64,000 nucleotides of DNA from Neophaeotheca triangularis (Eukaryota): the NCBI GenBank assembly GCA_054600435.1, contig BAAIJX010000017.1, positions 62,001 to 126,000 of the forward strand. Direction: 5' to 3'. The notes under the pieces were generated by a model. That model saw only the letters and a list, made by a program, of their open reading frames with translations, had not been told where the DNA came from and did not search any database. Shown here in pieces: positions 60,101 to 64,000 of the stretch. Position numbers and translations under genes: made by a program. Each line of letters begins with the position of its first letter. Positions within the stretch are counted from its first letter, which is position 1.

Positions 60101-63100
60101 CGTTGGCGTCTCTGTCGTTGCAGCTCCGCGTGATCTGGTTTTAGAAGACCTCACCGGGTTCATTCGAGCCCTCAACATCACTCACATCGATCTTACGCCT
60201 TCTCTAGCACGCTTAGTGCATCCTGACGAAGTCCCAAGCTTGTGCGGTGGCGTGTTCATTACCGGTGGTGAGGCCTTGAAGCAGGAGATCATCAATGCTT
60301 GGGGCCCGGAAAAGACGATCTGCAACGGTTACGGTCCCACTGAAGCAACTATTGGTGTCACCATGAATACCTTCGTCGGTGCTGATGCTAAGCCTTCTAA
60401 TATCGGGCCGCAGTTCGACAACGTTGGGTCCTACGTCTTGGTACCCGGTACAGATCAGCCAGTGATGCGAGGCGCGCTCGGCGAGCTGTGTATATCTGGC
60501 AAACTCGTTGGAAAAGGTTATCTCAACCGCCAGGAACTTACTGCGAAAGCCTTCCCGTTCCTTGAAAGGTTTGGTGAGAAGGTCTACCGCACAGGTGACT
60601 TGGTAAGGTTGCTCGCAGACGGTTCGTTCGCCTTTGCTGGTCGAAAGGACACTCAAGCCAAGTTGCGAGGGCAGCGACTTGAGCTAGCAGAGATCGATGC
60701 TATCATCAAGGAAGCTCTTGGTGGGAAGAGTGACGCCGCAACTTTGGTTCACAAGGCCGCCAACGGCTCGAAAGAGCTCCTCGTCGGCTTCCTCAGCACA
60801 AGCACCGGAGCTAAGCGCCCCGTCGAAGTCGACGACAGCGACTTGGGGGTCAAATCTGTGGCGGCAGCACGAGACGCCTGCTTACGCCGTCTGCCCGGTT
60901 ATATGGTGCCGTCGCACATCCTGCCAATTTCGAAGCTTCCACTCACGGTGAATAACAAAGTGGACAACAAGCGCTTGGTTGCTCTGTACGAGGAGACATC
61001 GTCCAGGTGGTTGCAAAGCCTGCAGCAGCCGAACACAGGAGCCAAGCTCAGTCAAGGTGGCGAGAATGTGTTCCAAGTGCTCAGCAAGCTTTTGAATGTT
61101 GCACGCGAGGATGTCAGTGGTACTTCTAACCTTTTCTCGCTCGGCCTGTCGTCTGTATCGGCGATCAGTTTCGCGAGTCTTCTGAAGAAGGCTGGCTTCT
61201 CTAAAGCAAATGTCGCAACGATCATGAAAAGTAAGTCTTGAGCCCCATTGTTTTACGAACTTTGGACTATGAGCTGACCTACCGCAGACCCAACGCTCAA
61301 CCGATTGGCAGAAGCCCTAAACCAGACGGAAGAGTCCTACCAGGACCATGATGCGATCAAACAAGCTGAACTATCAATCTCAGCCACAGGCCAGCGCTAT
61401 CGCTCTCTGGCGGCAAAGCGTCTGTCTCTTGCAGCTTCGGAAATAGAGGTCATTGCGCCCTGCACTCCACTACAGCAAGGATTGCTATACGAGTCTCAGA
61501 ACAGCACGACTGGAGCGTACTTCAACACCTTCATGTATGATTTGCGGAGCGCAGACGTCAACAAGCTCAAGATCGCCTTCCAGAAGGTGGTTGATGGGGT
61601 GCAAACCCTCCGGACCGCTTTCATCCAGACAGACGACGGCCACATTCAGACTGTTGCGAACAAAGCAGCTTTGCGTTGGAAAGAGTACAAAGTCTCCGAG
61701 GAAGATCGCGTATCGGTGATTGCCCGTAGCCACGCAGCATGGCTTGAAGCCAACAAAGGAGACGTTCTACATCCGTTCGAGTTGACGATCATTCGCACGC
61801 CAACCGCAACACAATTGGTTGTTCAGGTCCATCATGCCTTGTACGATGGCATTTCCTGGGATCTCCTCATGATCAGAGTCGCGGAAGCATATGGTCCAAG
61901 TAACACAGTCGACTGCGGACCTGCCTTCATTGACGCCCTGCCGTATGGTCCATTGAGAGAGCAGAAAGATGCTAAAGAATTCTGGGGTCGGACTCTGGGC
62001 TCTTCTTCAGAGCAGATGAACCGTGACCGCACAAACAACGAAGGGCGCATATGCCAGGCCAAAGCTACTCTGGCGAGTTCAGATGCTGCTGAAAACACAC
62101 GTCGGTCTATGGGCGTCTCACATCAAGCCATTGTACAGGCAAGCTTTGCTATAGCACTGTCGCAGGTCTTCGAGAGCAGCAGAATGTTTGGTCTAGTGGT
62201 ATCTGGTCGATCAATCGAGTTTGATGGTGCGGACCGGGTCATCGGACCACTGTTTAATACGCTGCCTTGTCCTATCAGCATGAGCAACGGCAGTACCTGG
62301 GAAGGTCTTGTTCGCCAATACCAAGATTTCAACTCTGCGGCTCTGCCTTACCAACATACACCACTTAGGCAAATCAGGAAGTGGACAGCACGAGCTCCGG
62401 ACGACCCCATGTTTGATTCGCTCTTGGTTTTCCAGCATCAGACTGAGCAATCAGATCAACTGGACAGCGCTCCTTGGCGAGAGGTGGAGAGCGAGCCGAG
62501 TGCTGACTATCCTTTGGCGCTTGAAGTCGTTCTGAACACTGATGGGAGCTCGAGCGTTACAGCGGTTGCGCAGCAAGCCACTTTGGACCAGTCATCGTTG
62601 GAGATGTTCTTGAGGCACTACGAAGAAGCCTACAGCCTGGCAACCCAGCACCCTTCCGACTCGATAGACAAATCATTCACGCTGCCTTCGTCCGGCGAAG
62701 CTCCACCCTCAACAAACGGCAATACTTCGTACGATCATCTAAACGGCGTGGAGCATTTCCAGTGGACCGAAGACGCACGTGCTTTGCAAAAGACCATCGC
62801 AGCCTTGGCAGGCGCGGATGCCAACGCTGTAGATGAACATTCCAGTCTCTTCTCACTTGGCTTAGACAGCATTGATGCCGTTAAGCTCGCCTCGCGCCTC
62901 AAGAAAGTCGACATCAATCTGCCCGTCAGTGAGCTCCTTCGAGCGCAGACGATCCCGCGTATGCTTCGATCTACTCAAGGAGACTCACGCCATGTGAACA
63001 ATTCTCCAGGCGTTCAGAAACTTACGAGTCTCGAAGAACAACTCAGCAGCCATCTACGCGATTCGGGAACACTTGCTCGATTGGGTAGTGTCGAGCGGGT

Positions 63101-64000
63101 ACTGCCAACGACACCCATCCAGGAGTCACTGATAGCCAAGATGCTCGAGTCCGACTTTGAAGAGTATTACAACCACGACGTGCTTCTCTTGGAGCCTCAC
63201 ACTGATATTGAGCGATTGAAAGCCGCTTGGCAATCGGTGGTTGATCAATCGCCAATCTTACGGACCTCTTTCGTGGAAGTTGACAGTCCAGTCGTCCAGG
63301 CGGTCTTTGCGCAAATCGTTCACCAGCCGACCCAACTAAACTTCAAGCATGTACATCTCGACAGCACGGATGCTTTGCAAGACCACTTCACCGGCGTCGC
63401 CGAAGACGTCCGAAATACATACGAAGTGCAGTCCCCGCTTAGACTGAGCGTCGCTCACATCGAGAGCTCAACGTATCTGGTCCTTTCGATATCACACGCT
63501 CAATACGACGGTCACAGTCTGGCTTTGATTCACGAAGATGTTCAAAGAGCTTACCGTGGCTCATACTCGCCTCGCCCATCCTATGATGGTATCATCGAAG
63601 CGTCTCTCCAAGCCAATAATCAGGATGCCCTCGATTTCTGGCGTGACAGCTTGTCTGGGTGCTCACCTTCCAATTTCCCCAAGAACGACGTTTCAGCGAC
63701 CCAGACAATTCGAACCGATGTGACAAGCAAGACAAGTGCGTCTACGGCGCAAGCCTTCTGCCAGCAGCGCGGTATCTCACTCCAAGGCCTTGCCCAAATG
63801 AGCTGGGCTCTTACGCTCGCATACTACACAAAGAGCATGGAAGTGGTCTACGGTGTTGTCCTCGCCTGTCGTGACAGCGAAGAGTCCGAGCAAGTTGTCT
63901 TCCCGACAATGAATACCGTACCCATACGGGCGGCACTACATGGCTCTCGAGAGCAAATGGTCGGACACATGCAGAGTGCAATCAATGATATGCTGTCGTT
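51183..64000 (+). CDS. NPS2: Ferrichrome/ferricrocin-type siderophore NRPS (NPS2/SidC family); visible A-T-C-A-T-C-T-C-A-T-C-T-C, truncated by the window edge
   Basis: A cores YTSGSTGQPKG, FTSGSTGTPKG, YTSGTTGNPKG; T motifs GVDSL, GLDSL, GLDSL, GLSSV, GLDSI; C motifs HHSLYD, HHAIYD, HHALYD, HHALYD, SHAQYD; introns near 52485-52537, 52852-52907, ~58677-58730, 61231-61287; clustered with sidA. Confidence 0.93.

Overview
Eukaryotic, intron-containing DNA from a filamentous ascomycete. GT..AG introns with CTAAC/CTGAC branch sites, Zn2Cys6 regulators, an NPS2-type NRPS and RIP-like mutations are present; a Dothideomycete origin is my inference. About 20 protein-coding genes plus one pseudogene fall into three blocks. 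(1) 1.2-12.8 kb: a compact six-gene sugar/polyol catabolic cluster (DUF1593 nucleoside-hydrolase-like protein, xylose-reductase-like AKR, two tail-to-tail paralogous regulators of which one lacks a DNA-binding domain, L-arabinitol-dehydrogenase-like enzyme, sugar porter). It is followed by a purple acid phosphatase whose 5' part carries five in-frame stops with a RIP signature. (2) 15.6-41.1 kb: mostly housekeeping genes (DHA1 MFS, RCC1, NADAR, F-box-like Cys-rich protein with two alternative C-termini, kynureninase, MFS, Tre2-like M28 protein, Sfh5, 3-hydroxybutyryl-CoA dehydrogenase), plus an unannotated spliced minus-strand locus at about 28.3-29.2 kb with a TTAAAC cluster. (3) 41.5-64 kb: a ferrichrome/ferricrocin siderophore cluster (sidA, ABCB transporter, NPS2/SidC-type NRPS running off the right edge) with multiple ATCWGATAA iron-response sites. 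No rRNA, tRNA, CRISPR array or intact transposon was recognised. Exon boundaries were read by eye; family assignments rest on motif recognition, not database searches.
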